Shown here: positions 8,105-17,008 of the stretch, one piece after another
How positions within the stretch are numbered: position 1 is the stretch's first letter
How the letters are laid out: the number at the start of each line of letters is the position of its first letter
NCBI GenBank assembly: GCA_031367385.1
Contig: JANLPS010000267.1
Location: 1-20,921 of the forward strand
From: Archangium sp.
GTDB taxonomy: Bacteria; Myxococcota; Myxococcia; Myxococcales; Myxococcaceae
Reading direction: 5' to 3'
DNA: 20,921 bases
Position numbers and translations under genes: made by a program
Notes under the pieces: generated by a model
Told to the model about the DNA's origin: nothing
Databases searched by the model: none
Seen by the model: the letters and a program-made list of their open reading frames with translations, nothing else

Positions 8105-8557
8105 TTAAGCGACGAAAGTAATCGTCCACTCGGTGAGCTCGCCTTTGATCATCGTCTCGACGACGTCTCCGACGCGCTTACCCATCAAGGCGCGGCCGAG
8201 CGGGGCCTGCGGCGTGACGACATGAAAGAAGCCGTCTCCTCCGGGGCCCGTGAGCTCTTCTCCGGCGCCCGCGGGGGCGATGAAGAGCGTCTTCCCGGCG
8301 AGCCCATCTTCAATCTCGACCACCGCTCCGAGGGAGATCGGATCGCGGGGGCGCAGGGGCTTGGCGCGAAACGACTCGAGCGCGAAGGTCGCCTCGATGG
8401 CCGTCGCTGAATGGGTGGTGGTGGCCTTGGCGAGGTTGACCGCGCGGTTCGACCCCGACTTCGCCTCATTGAGGGTCTCGGCCGCGAATTTTTGAGCCGT
8501 CGCCGACATCGCCTTGAGCTTCGCGTTCAGCTGTTCGACCAGAAAAGACTTGTCCAT
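8105..8557 (-). CDS. GreA/GreB-family C-terminal domain protein with a shortened N-terminal coiled coil
   Basis: ISLGAVVEIED and VVTPQAPLGRALMGKRVGDVVE match the Gre C-terminal signature SxxSPLGxALLGxxxGD. Start at ATG 8557 (MDKSFL). Confidence 0.85.
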   Translation of the reverse strand: MDKSFLVEQLNAKLKAMSATAQKFAAETLNEAKSGSNRAVNLAKATTTHSATAIEATFALESFRAKPLRPRDPISLGAVVEIEDGLAGKTLFIAPAGAGEELTGPGGDGFFHVVTPQAPLGRALMGKRVGDVVETMIKGELTEWTITFVA

Positions 8558-8681
8558 GGAGCCGAGGGTAGGGCGGGCAGCGCGCCTCGCAAGAAAACGA
8601 AGTGACCTCTGCGAGTGACACCTGGCGACCTGGGGTTGCAGGCCCACACCGTCAACCACGCGCGATTGCGTTGACGGGTGT

Positions 8682-8697
8682 CGGCATCGCGCTTGCT
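8682..8697 (+). promoter_or_regulatory. Sigma-54 (-24/-12) promoter upstream of the DUF1592/DUF1552 pair
   Basis: CGGCATCGCGCTTGCT is GG-N10-GC with GGCA and TTGCT boxes, about 70-85 nt before the candidate starts. Confidence 0.65.
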
Positions 8698-8781
8698 GAG
8701 CGCAACTGTGCGAAATCTTTCTGGTTTCGCGAGCCTCGAGGCCCCGCTCGAGTGTCTTGCACCCCGATGGAGAACTGCCCA

Positions 8782-10482
8782 GTGCCACTCGTGACGAAGC
8801 CGGTTCGCTGGCCGCTGATGCTGGTCTGCGCGATGGCGCTGGGGTCTGGCTGTTCAGGCCAGATTCGCCAAGGCGCCGATTGGTCGCCGACGCCAGTGAG
8901 CGGGGCGGGCGCGATTCGAAGCCCGGCCTTCACCTGCACGGACTCGCAAAAAAAGCTCCGCGGCACGGCCTTCACGTCGATGCGGAGGCTCTCGCAGCAC
9001 GAGCTTCAGAGCACGCTGACCGCGTTGGTGGGCGCGCCGATGATGGCGAACATGAAGGTGTCGGCGCCGGTCGCGGGCCTGCCGTCAGACCAGACGGTCT
9101 CGGCGGGAGACTTCGAGGCGGGCATACCGGTCGACCAGCCGCGGGTGCTCAATCAAGTCGCCGCGCAGATCGCGACCCTCGGCCTGGCCGACGGCGCCTG
9201 GCGCAAAGCCCGACTGGGGGCCTGTGCTGAAAAAGCAGTCGCTGATGATGCCTGTCTGGCGACGGTGCTGCGGCAATTCGGAGGGCACGTTTCTCGCCGA
9301 GACCTGACCGAGGCCGAAGTGACGCAGCTGACCGCCTGGTACCACTCGGTGGGCGGAGGGGAGACGGGGCTTCGGTTGCTGATTCGACGGTTGCTCGCTT
9401 CTCCCGCGCTCTCATTTCACGTCGAGCAGGGCACCGGAGTCGATGCGAACGGCCGCACCACGCTCACCTCGTTCGAGGTCGCCTCGCGCCTCTCGTATTT
9501 CTTGACCGACTCGATGCCCGATGAGGCCTTGCTCACCAGCGCCCGCAGCGGGGAGCTCGCCTCGCTCGAGGTGGTTCGGGCCCACGCGTCACGGTTGCTG
9601 CAGAGCCCCGCTGGCAAGGCGAAGGTGCGCGATCTCTTTCGCTACTACTCGCACCTGGCCGACGTGGCCGACCCGGCGGCGTCGGTCGCGGCGAGCCACC
9701 ACATCGAAGCGAAGGGGCTCGGGCTGGCGATGCACGACGAGGCCTTCGATTTCTTCGAAGACGTGTTTTGGAGCCCGGCATCGCCCGGTACGTTCGCCGA
9801 GTTGTTGATCTCGACCAAGTCGTTCGCCAAGACCGACGCGCTGAAGAAGGTATTCGCGGCGGCCCCCGATGCACCTGTGGGCTTGTTTCACCGCCCGGCG
9901 TTGCTGGCGGTGCCGACCGAGCGCACGAGCCCGATTCAACGCGGAGCGCATCTGCGAAAGCTCTTTTTGTGCGACCGCCTCGGCCTGCCAGACCCGGCCG
10001 CGGTGCAAGCGCGCCAGACCGAGCTTGGTGATCTCGAGAGCATGAGCAATCGCGAGAAGACCGACGCGCTCACCGGGGCCGCTGCCTGCACCGGGTGTCA
10101 CACGATGATCAACGGGCCCGGGTTCGCCTTCGAAGGGTTCGACCCGATGGGCGTGCCGCGCACGAGCGAACAGACGTTCAAGCCCGACGGCACAGTGCTC
10201 AAAGAGTGGCCGCTCGACACCAGCGTCGAGGCCGTCGAGTTCGACATCGGGTTTCCCACCTCGTACGCCGACTCCAAGGTGCTGGTCGCTGACCTCGCCC
10301 AGGGCGTCAAAGCCGCGGCCTGCTTTTCACAGCGGGTGGTGGAGTTCTATCGGCTGTCGACCGTCGACTCCGACCGCGACGGGTGCGCCCTGGCCGAAGC
10401 CGAGCAGGCGGCCCACGCGGGCTCTCTGCGTGACGTCGTGATCGCCGCGATTGCCAACGAAGATCTCGCCTTCAAAGACTGA
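8782..10482 (+). CDS. DUF1592/DUF1588-family (PSD/PSCyt) lipoprotein with one CxxCH heme-binding motif
   Basis: MRRLSQHELQSTL (DUF1587-like), LTSFEVASRLSYFLTDSMPDEALL (DUF1592-like), TSPIQRG..LFLC and CTGCH..INGPGFAFEGFDPMG (DUF1588-like). Lipobox-like LGSGC. Start uncertain: GTG 8782 after GGAG, or ATG 8767. Confidence 0.88.
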   Translation: MPLVTKPVRWPLMLVCAMALGSGCSGQIRQGADWSPTPVSGAGAIRSPAFTCTDSQKKLRGTAFTSMRRLSQHELQSTLTALVGAPMMANMKVSAPVAGLPSDQTVSAGDFEAGIPVDQPRVLNQVAAQIATLGLADGAWRKARLGACAEKAVADDACLATVLRQFGGHVSRRDLTEAEVTQLTAWYHSVGGGETGLRLLIRRLLASPALSFHVEQGTGVDANGRTTLTSFEVASRLSYFLTDSMPDEALLTSARSGELASLEVVRAHASRLLQSPAGKAKVRDLFRYYSHLADVADPAASVAASHHIEAKGLGLAMHDEAFDFFEDVFWSPASPGTFAELLISTKSFAKTDALKKVFAAAPDAPVGLFHRPALLAVPTERTSPIQRGAHLRKLFLCDRLGLPDPAAVQARQTELGDLESMSNREKTDALTGAAACTGCHTMINGPGFAFEGFDPMGVPRTSEQTFKPDGTVLKEWPLDTSVEAVEFDIGFPTSYADSKVLVADLAQGVKAAACFSQRVVEFYRLSTVDSDRDGCALAEAEQAAHAGSLRDVVIAAIANEDLAFKD

Positions 10483-10483
10483 C

Positions 10484-11950
10484 ATGAAATTCGACACGTT
10501 GAGCCGAAGGCTGGTGTTGCAGGGCGCGGGCGCTTCACTGGTCTTGCCGGTGCTGGCCTCTCTGATGCCGCGTGGGGCCCTCGCCGATGTGGTCGCGAAC
10601 GCGGCTCCGATTCGGTACGTGCAGGTGATGAGCCCGTACGGCCCGTCGCAGGCGCTGTTTTACGGCGCGCTGAAGGGTGTGACGCGAGTCTCTCCGCATG
10701 TGAGTGTGACGAGCCTCTCAGACTACGGCGCGAATATTTCACCGATGATCACCGATGCGTTCGGCTCGCTGCGGCCCAAGTTCAGCATTCTGCGCGGGCT
10801 CGACGTCTTCGTGGTGACGGCCAACCACCAGTTCAGCTTCGCCACGACCGCCTCGGGCTATGCGAAGGGGCTCGACAACGACGAGGCACCACCGGTGACC
10901 GGCCAGTCGTCGATCGATACGATTCTGGCGAGCTCACCCAAGGTCTATTCGGCCGACGTGCCCGCGGAGCGACGGCAGCTGAACCTGAACCCGCTCACCA
11001 CCGACAGCTACAGCAGCAACCGCACCTGGTCGTGGCGCAACAACGGCACCAAGGTGCAGATGATTCGCCCGGTGAAGCAGACGCAGGCCCTGTTCGATGC
11101 GTTGTCTGCCGGGTTCGTGACGAAGCAGGTCGACCCGAACGAGACGGCGCTGCTGCAGGCGGTGAGCGCAGACTACAAAGCGGTGCGCAACGGGCCGCGC
11201 ATCTCGGTCGAAGATCGAAACAAGCTCGATGCCTACGTCGCCCTGGTGAGCGACATCGAGAAGGGGCTGACCGCGAGCGTACCGGTCTGCACCACCCCGA
11301 TGCGGGCCGAAGAGGTCGACATCGAGGCGACCATCGACAACCAGTTTCGAATTCTCGCCGCGGCGATGGCGTGCGACCTGACCCGGGTCGCGGGCATCAC
11401 CCTGGGCATGTCAGAGGGCTACGGCACTCGCCACACCGAGCACCACGGCATCTTGGGCAACCCTCCGGGCATCGTCGCCGACTACAAGTTGATCGGTGCG
11501 CGGGTCGCGCGGCTGCTGAAGATCTTCGACAACACGAAAGAGGCCGCCGGCGGCACGCTGCTCGACAACTCGATCGTCTACTGGAGCACCCAGTACGGCC
11601 TGGCCACCCTCGGCGGCCAGCACAGCGCCTCAGACATGCCGGTGATGATCGCCGGAGGGGCTCGAGGCAACTTGAAGCAGGGCAGGTACCTCGACTACCG
11701 CCATGAGATTAGCGGCACGGTGACCGAGTTCACGCGTCAAGGCATCGCGTTGTCGAACCTGTTGGTGACGCTGTTCAACTGCATGGGGCTCTCATCGGCT
11801 GACTACGAGAGCGTCGCGGGGCAAGGCTACGGGTATGTCGACCCGACTTCGGCGGTCTGGGCCAATCGCCCGAACCCCACGCAGTGGGACACGGAGGCAG
11901 GGCGTCGCAGCCCGGTGCCGTTGCTCTATTCGGGCCCGACGCGGGGCTGA
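10484..11950 (+). CDS. DUF1552 (HXXSHH-family) protein with a Tat-type signal
   Basis: SRRLVLQGAGASLVLP N-terminus, SIDTILA, AMACDLTRV, HTEHH, TLLDNSIV, H...MPVMIAGG and LSNLLVTL. Starts 1 nt after the DUF1592 gene stop, the usual pairing. Confidence 0.9.
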   Translation: MKFDTLSRRLVLQGAGASLVLPVLASLMPRGALADVVANAAPIRYVQVMSPYGPSQALFYGALKGVTRVSPHVSVTSLSDYGANISPMITDAFGSLRPKFSILRGLDVFVVTANHQFSFATTASGYAKGLDNDEAPPVTGQSSIDTILASSPKVYSADVPAERRQLNLNPLTTDSYSSNRTWSWRNNGTKVQMIRPVKQTQALFDALSAGFVTKQVDPNETALLQAVSADYKAVRNGPRISVEDRNKLDAYVALVSDIEKGLTASVPVCTTPMRAEEVDIEATIDNQFRILAAAMACDLTRVAGITLGMSEGYGTRHTEHHGILGNPPGIVADYKLIGARVARLLKIFDNTKEAAGGTLLDNSIVYWSTQYGLATLGGQHSASDMPVMIAGGARGNLKQGRYLDYRHEISGTVTEFTRQGIALSNLLVTLFNCMGLSSADYESVAGQGYGYVDPTSAVWANRPNPTQWDTEAGRRSPVPLLYSGPTRG

Positions 11951-11951
11951 C

Positions 11952-13070
11952 TCACGCCGCGGCGAGGGCGTCGGCCACGGTGATGAGCGTGATCATGTCG
12001 TCAGCCCCTTGCGGCAGCTCTGGCACGGCCATCGCTGTCGCGTTCTGCCCTGCGCGCTGCTGCAGCTCGGTCAACAGGCCCAGGTCTCGGCGCGCGGCCT
12101 CGAGCTCGGCATGCGCGAAGCTCTGCAGCTTGGGGATGCCGGATTTGCCCTCGGGCGAGATCTGGTCGAGCGACTCTTCATCGGGCCAGCGCTTGCTGGT
12201 GTTGCGGGCGCGGCTGCGGTTGAGCACGAAGCCGCGAAAGGGCAACCCGAGCTCCTTGGTCTTGTCTTGAAAGAAGTGCGCCTCGGCCAGGGTCGACGCA
12301 GCCGGCGAGGTGACCAGCAAGAAAGCGACGTCGGGGCCGCTCAAGAACCGGCGCATCGCGTTCACGTCGACGTTGAGGGCCGAGAAGATGCCCGAGAAGG
12401 TCATCATGAAAGAGACGAGCTCCTGGGCGAACTCTTCGCCGAAGACGGCGCTCAAGATTTTTTCGATGACCTTCGACGCTGCGCGGGCGACCAGGCTGTC
12501 GCGCTTGGGCAAGAAGGCTTGAATCGCGCGGCCCTCGACCAACCCGGCGAGACGCTTGGGCGCTTCGAGAAAATCGAGGGCGTGGCGCGAGGGAGGCGTG
12601 TCGAGCACGACGAGGTCATAGCGGCCTTCGGTGACCAGGCGGTGCAGGGCCTCCATCGCGGTGTACTCGTGCATGCCCGCGACCATGGCCGAGACCTGCT
12701 GGTAGATGCGGTTGCCCAAGACGCGCTGGGCGTCTTCGGGGGTCTTGGTGAGGCGGCGCACCGATTCGTCGGCGACGAGCTTGGGGTCCAACATCCACGC
12801 GTCGAGGGAGGCGGGGGCGCTGATGCCGGCGGCGGCCTGGCGATCGGCGGGTACTGCGACGGGAGTCGGCGGGTTGCGCGAGACGCCCAGGGTCTCGGCG
12901 AGCCTCTTCGACGGGTCGATGGTGAGCACCAGCACCCTGCGACCTGCTCGGGCGGCAGCGAGCGAGAGCGCGGCGGCGGTGGTGGTCTTGCCGACGCCTC
13001 CCGCGCCACAGCAGACGATGACCCTGCGGGTGCGAATCAGATCGCCGATGCGAACGGTGTCGGTCGTCAT
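11952..13070 (-). CDS. ArsA/Get3-family ATPase, second of a pair
   Basis: CGAGGVGKTT, LTIDPSKRLA, YDLVVLDTPPSRHALDFL and VLNR. No arsB/arsC/arsR nearby. Confidence 0.9.
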   Translation of the reverse strand: MTTDTVRIGDLIRTRRVIVCCGAGGVGKTTTAAALSLAAARAGRRVLVLTIDPSKRLAETLGVSRNPPTPVAVPADRQAAAGISAPASLDAWMLDPKLVADESVRRLTKTPEDAQRVLGNRIYQQVSAMVAGMHEYTAMEALHRLVTEGRYDLVVLDTPPSRHALDFLEAPKRLAGLVEGRAIQAFLPKRDSLVARAASKVIEKILSAVFGEEFAQELVSFMMTFSGIFSALNVDVNAMRRFLSGPDVAFLLVTSPAASTLAEAHFFQDKTKELGLPFRGFVLNRSRARNTSKRWPDEESLDQISPEGKSGIPKLQSFAHAELEAARRDLGLLTELQQRAGQNATAMAVPELPQGADDMITLITVADALAAA

Positions 13071-14056
13071 GCCACCCTGCCTTGGGTTTGCGGCAGCGGC
13101 ACTTTTTCAGCGGTGAGCAGCACGTCGGCGATTGAGCGCATCAGCCCCGACTGCGGCATCTCGGGGATGAGGGTGATTGGCAGCATCGTGTTGGCGCGCA
13201 GCCGGGCGATCTCTCGGCGGGCGAGCACGGGCTTGAGAAACCCTTCGGCGCCCAGCGGGTTGACGCGCTCGATCACCTCTTCGAGGGCGACGCGCTCGGT
13301 CGCGGTGAAGGGGTCGACAGGTACGCGGTTCATCAGCACTCCGCCGGTGGGCATGCCGGTCTTGCGAAGGCCCTCGAGCAGCTCGAGGCACTCGCTCACC
13401 GGCAAGGTCTCGGCGATGGCCACGACGTAGGCGGAGGCCAGGGTGGGGTCGTTCAAGTACGACTGCCCCTCGCGCAGTGCGGCGGCGATCGGCCCTCGTG
13501 GCACCAGGCGGAGCAGCAGCTCGGGCAACCCGGTCAGCGAGAGGGTGTGCCCGGTGGCCGGCATGTCGATCAAGATCAGCTGGTGCGTTGGCTGCCCGTC
13601 GGAGCGCTTCTCGCGCAGGTAGGTGAGCAGCTGAAAAAAGACGCCCATCTCTTTGAAGGAGGGGCCGGCCGAGAGCAGGCGGCGAAGCGCGTCGGAGCTG
13701 AGCGCGGCGCGGGCGAGCGTGCCTGAGCGGAGCACGGACTTGAGAAAGAGCTCTTGGCCAGAACGCGCGAGGAGGAGGGCTCCCAGAATGCCTGCGGCGA
13801 TGGGCGCGGGTGAAGCGGGCAGCCGCTCGCGGCCGAAGTGCCGGGCCAGGGGTGAGTAGTCAGCCGGGTCGTCACCGATTTCGCAGACCAGCACGCGCAC
13901 GCCTTGGCGTTGGGCCAGCGTCGCGGCGGCCGCCGTCACCGAAGAGCGACCGACTCCGCCCTTGCCAGTGATGAGAACCACGCGCTTTTTCAGCAGCTCG
14001 TCCAGCTGATGACTCCCGGCCCTTGGGCCCCACGAACTACGAACGCCGCGCACCAT
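13067..14056 (-). CDS. ArsA/Get3-family ATPase, first of a pair, with a degenerate Walker A
   Basis: TGKGGVGRSS, LILIDMPATGH, ETLPVSE and LMNR. ATGA overlap with the partner gene. Confidence 0.88.
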   Translation of the reverse strand: MVRGVRSSWGPRAGSHQLDELLKKRVVLITGKGGVGRSSVTAAAATLAQRQGVRVLVCEIGDDPADYSPLARHFGRERLPASPAPIAAGILGALLLARSGQELFLKSVLRSGTLARAALSSDALRRLLSAGPSFKEMGVFFQLLTYLREKRSDGQPTHQLILIDMPATGHTLSLTGLPELLLRLVPRGPIAAALREGQSYLNDPTLASAYVVAIAETLPVSECLELLEGLRKTGMPTGGVLMNRVPVDPFTATERVALEEVIERVNPLGAEGFLKPVLARREIARLRANTMLPITLIPEMPQSGLMRSIADVLLTAEKVPLPQTQGRVA

Positions 14057-14111
14057 AGCACTCGGTTCGTGCTTCCGCAGAAGACGAAGAAGGGGTCAAC
14101 TGGGGGCTCTC

Positions 14112-14783
14112 GTGACGGCTCCATTTACGGCTGCATTTGTGCGTTCAAGTGTGTTTGGCACGTTGGCGGCGGTGCATTTGCCCGAGGGCATGGGCGCGGT
14201 TTCGAGCGACGTGCTCGACGCGCTGTCTGCTGAAGAGCGGGCCATCGCGGCGGGGTTGTCGGGGCGTCGGCAGATCGAGTTTGCGGGGGGGCGCATCGCC
14301 TGGCGGCTGGCGGGAGGCCGCGGCTCGCTGCTCAATGATGCGCGGGGGCAGCCGATCGGCGGGGCGGCCTCGGTGTCGGTGACGCACAAGAATGATCTGG
14401 CGCTGGTGCTGGTGGGCGACGCCGCGGCTGGCACGGTGGGCATCGACCTGGAGGGCGGAGGGCGCGAGCCGCTCAACATCGCTCCCAAGGTGCTGCGGGC
14501 TGATGAGCTCGATGAGTTGCATGCGCTGCCCAGCGAGGCGCGGTGGGGGCGGCTGGTGCGGTGCTTCGCGCTCAAAGAGGCGACCTACAAGGCGATTCAC
14601 CCGCACCTGCGGCGGTACGTCTCGTTTCATGAGGCGCGCGTGCGGGTGGTGCCGCCGTCGGTCGAGCTGTTCTTGGCTGACACGGCGGGCCCGGCGTTGG
14701 GTCTCGAGGCCGTCGTCGAGGAGCTGGGGCCCAGGGTGCTGGCGATGGTGCGAGCGCGAAGGCGGTCGTCAGCGGGCGGTTGA
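14112..14783 (+). CDS. 4'-phosphopantetheinyl transferase (Sfp/EntD type)
   Basis: RQIEFAGGR, SVTHK, VGIDLE and FALKEATYKA motifs. Confidence 0.9.
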   Translation: MTAPFTAAFVRSSVFGTLAAVHLPEGMGAVSSDVLDALSAEERAIAAGLSGRRQIEFAGGRIAWRLAGGRGSLLNDARGQPIGGAASVSVTHKNDLALVLVGDAAAGTVGIDLEGGGREPLNIAPKVLRADELDELHALPSEARWGRLVRCFALKEATYKAIHPHLRRYVSFHEARVRVVPPSVELFLADTAGPALGLEAVVEELGPRVLAMVRARRRSSAGG

Positions 14784-15863
14784 TTGTGCCCAGGCCTGAA
14801 ACGCGGCGTCGAGCTCTGCGGGCGGCAGCGTGGTTGCTTCAGAAAAGGCGTCGTCGGGAGCGATGCGGCTTTGGCCGAGTGCCGAGATGAGCTGACGAAG
14901 GGCCGCCATGCCGCCTCGCCCGCGAACGAATTCGACCATCAAGAAGCTCTGAAAGTAGAGATGGGTGGCCATCTGCTCGTCGGTGGCGTGTGCAAAGGCC
15001 GGCACCAGTGTCTCGAAGGGGAGATGCGTCGAGCGTGCCCACGGGAGCAGCCCGAGGTCTGGTCGCTGCCACCAGGTCTCGTGCGCGATCAACATCGCCG
15101 TGCCTTCGGTGAGCCAGGTCGGCAGGCGAACGTTCTGTTGGAGGAGCAGATGGTGCACGTACTCGTGGACGAGGGTCTCGTCGAGCTCGGTCAGACCTCC
15201 GTTGGGGTTGCCACTGAGGTGAATTGAGCCGTCGTAATACCCATATGCGCTGGTGTTGACGCACGAGACCGAGCGCATCTGGTTGAGCGAGCGGTAGACG
15301 ATGATCTGCGGTGACGCGATCGGGGTGCTCGGGTCAGCGAGCTCGGCCGATTGCACGCGGGCCACGCGAAGGGCACGCGCGACTCGTTCGAGAACCGCCT
15401 CGGGGAGCGCGGGGTCGATCAAGACGCTCGCGTCGGGCCAGTCGATTCTTCGAAATTGTGCAAGCAGGGCGTCGCGGGCCTTTCGTTCTGTCTCGCAGAG
15501 GCCTGGAGCGGTGACCCGTGCTGACGCGCGGGCGAGCTGTTCTCTTCGATCTGGTTGCGAAGGTGATTGGTATTGCGCACCGCGTGGGGGCGGGTTCGGC
15601 GGCGGTGGCGGCGCATCGGCGAGCTTGGGGGCTGACGCCTCTGGCTGCTCGGGTTCAATGGCCTGCACGCTTGGTGCCGAGGCGACCTGGGGGCCTGCGT
15701 CGAGATGCGGCGGCAGCGCTGGCGGGAGGCGGTCGTCGTTCGAAGGGGAAGCGGTGATGGCCGGCGCCGGGGCTTCAGACGTCGCGTCACTCGCGGACCA
15801 CATCGCAAGGCTGAGTGCGAGCACGGTGCACACGAACACTCCCGTGATGATGGCTCGACGCAC
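14769..15863 (-). CDS. Membrane-anchored or secreted gluzincin (peptidase MA-like) metallopeptidase
   Basis: LVHEYVH plus downstream PTWLTEGTA (third ligand Glu). N-terminal RR plus hydrophobic segment from GTG 15863, then a Pro-rich linker. Start uncertain. Confidence 0.75.
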   Translation of the reverse strand: MRRAIITGVFVCTVLALSLAMWSASDATSEAPAPAITASPSNDDRLPPALPPHLDAGPQVASAPSVQAIEPEQPEASAPKLADAPPPPPNPPPRGAQYQSPSQPDRREQLARASARVTAPGLCETERKARDALLAQFRRIDWPDASVLIDPALPEAVLERVARALRVARVQSAELADPSTPIASPQIIVYRSLNQMRSVSCVNTSAYGYYDGSIHLSGNPNGGLTELDETLVHEYVHHLLLQQNVRLPTWLTEGTAMLIAHETWWQRPDLGLLPWARSTHLPFETLVPAFAHATDEQMATHLYFQSFLMVEFVRGRGGMAALRQLISALGQSRIAPDDAFSEATTLPPAELDAAFQAWAQSTAR

Positions 15864-16003
15864 GGTCGGTGACCTTGACCATTCGAAGCCCGCTTTCAAG
15901 CGGCATTTGCGAGCACCGTGGTGGCAGGGGCCGATGGGCAATGCGCGCACGGGGCGGCCCAGTGGTGACGGCATGAAGCCTGGGGCGCATTGGCTAACCT
16001 GGG

Positions 16004-17008
16004 TTACTGCGTTTGCGCCCGAGGGGCGGCGCACCAGGCAGCGAGGCGGCGAAGGCCTTCGTCGACGGTGACTCTCGGCGCATACCCCAGGTCGCGCCTC
16101 GCGGCTGAGATGTCGAACCACTGGGCCGTGGAGAGCTCACTGGCAGCGAAGCGGGTCATCAGCGGCTCCGAGGTGACTCCGAAGAGCGAGTAGGTCGCTT
16201 CGAGCACGGCGCCGATGGCGTAGGCGACCTTGGCTGGTATCGGTCGACCGACTCTCGGAGCCCCAGCCGCTTCGAGCATGCGGTTCGCGAGCGTCCAGAC
16301 TCCGAGGGGCTCTCCGTCGCTGATGAAGTACACGTCGCCGGGCAGCGTGCCGGGCGCCAGGAGCTTGTCGGCAGCCAGCAGGTGCGCGTCGACACAATTG
16401 TCGATGTAGATCGAGTCGGTCTTGGGGTCGCGAGTGCCCACTTGGCGCAACCGCCCGGCCTTCGCTCGCGAGAGCAGCCGCGGCAGCAGGTGCTTGTCGC
16501 CGGGGCCCCAGATGAAGTGCGGGCGCAGCGAGACGGTCTTCAGCGTGGCGTCGTTTGCGGCGCGAACACGCTGCTCTCCGAGGGCTTTGGTTCGCGGGTA
16601 GTGGGCCAAATAGTGCGCGGCGTAGGGCAGCGATTCATCGCCTCCTTCGAGGTCGGCGTGCGCGTGCACCACGCTGGGTGAGCTTGTGTAGACCAGGCCC
16701 GTCACGTAGCTCGCCCGGCAGGCGGCGATGACGTTCTCGGTGCCGGTGACGTTGATGGCTTGAAACTCGCGCGGGTCACCCCAACCACCTGCCAGGGCGG
16801 CGGTGTGAAAGACGACGTTGATGTCGGTGCACGCGGCGGTGACCGAACCGAGGTCTCGAATGTCACCGCGGCGCGTTTCGACGCCAAGCTCGCGCAAGCC
16901 GGGGTAATCGTTTCGGGCCAACACGCGCACGGTGTCGCCGCGTGCGGCCAGGGCTCGCACCAAAGAGCTGCCGAGAAAGCCGCCGCCGCCGGTGACCAGG
17001 GCTCTCAT
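16004..17008 (-). CDS. oleD: 2-alkyl-3-oxoalkanoate reductase OleD (3-beta-HSD-like SDR)
   Basis: TGGGGFLG, YTSSPSVV, YPRTK (YxxxK) and LRPHFIWGPGD. Last gene of the oleABCD order, ATGA overlap with oleC. Confidence 0.9.
   Translation of the reverse strand: MRALVTGGGGFLGSSLVRALAARGDTVRVLARNDYPGLRELGVETRRGDIRDLGSVTAACTDINVVFHTAALAGGWGDPREFQAINVTGTENVIAACRASYVTGLVYTSSPSVVHAHADLEGGDESLPYAAHYLAHYPRTKALGEQRVRAANDATLKTVSLRPHFIWGPGDKHLLPRLLSRAKAGRLRQVGTRDPKTDSIYIDNCVDAHLLAADKLLAPGTLPGDVYFISDGEPLGVWTLANRMLEAAGAPRVGRPIPAKVAYAIGAVLEATYSLFGVTSEPLMTRFAASELSTAQWFDISAARRDLGYAPRVTVDEGLRRLAAWCAAPRAQTQ

Noticed and set aside
11835..13430. 531-aa plus-strand ORF
   Set aside because: Antisense to the two ATPase genes. 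Long shadow ORFs are expected at this GC content and it has no recognisable motifs.
11952..14056. Arsenic-resistance operon (arsA)
   Set aside because: No arsB/acr3, arsC, arsD or arsR nearby, and the motif pattern fits the Get3/BagAB-like pair.
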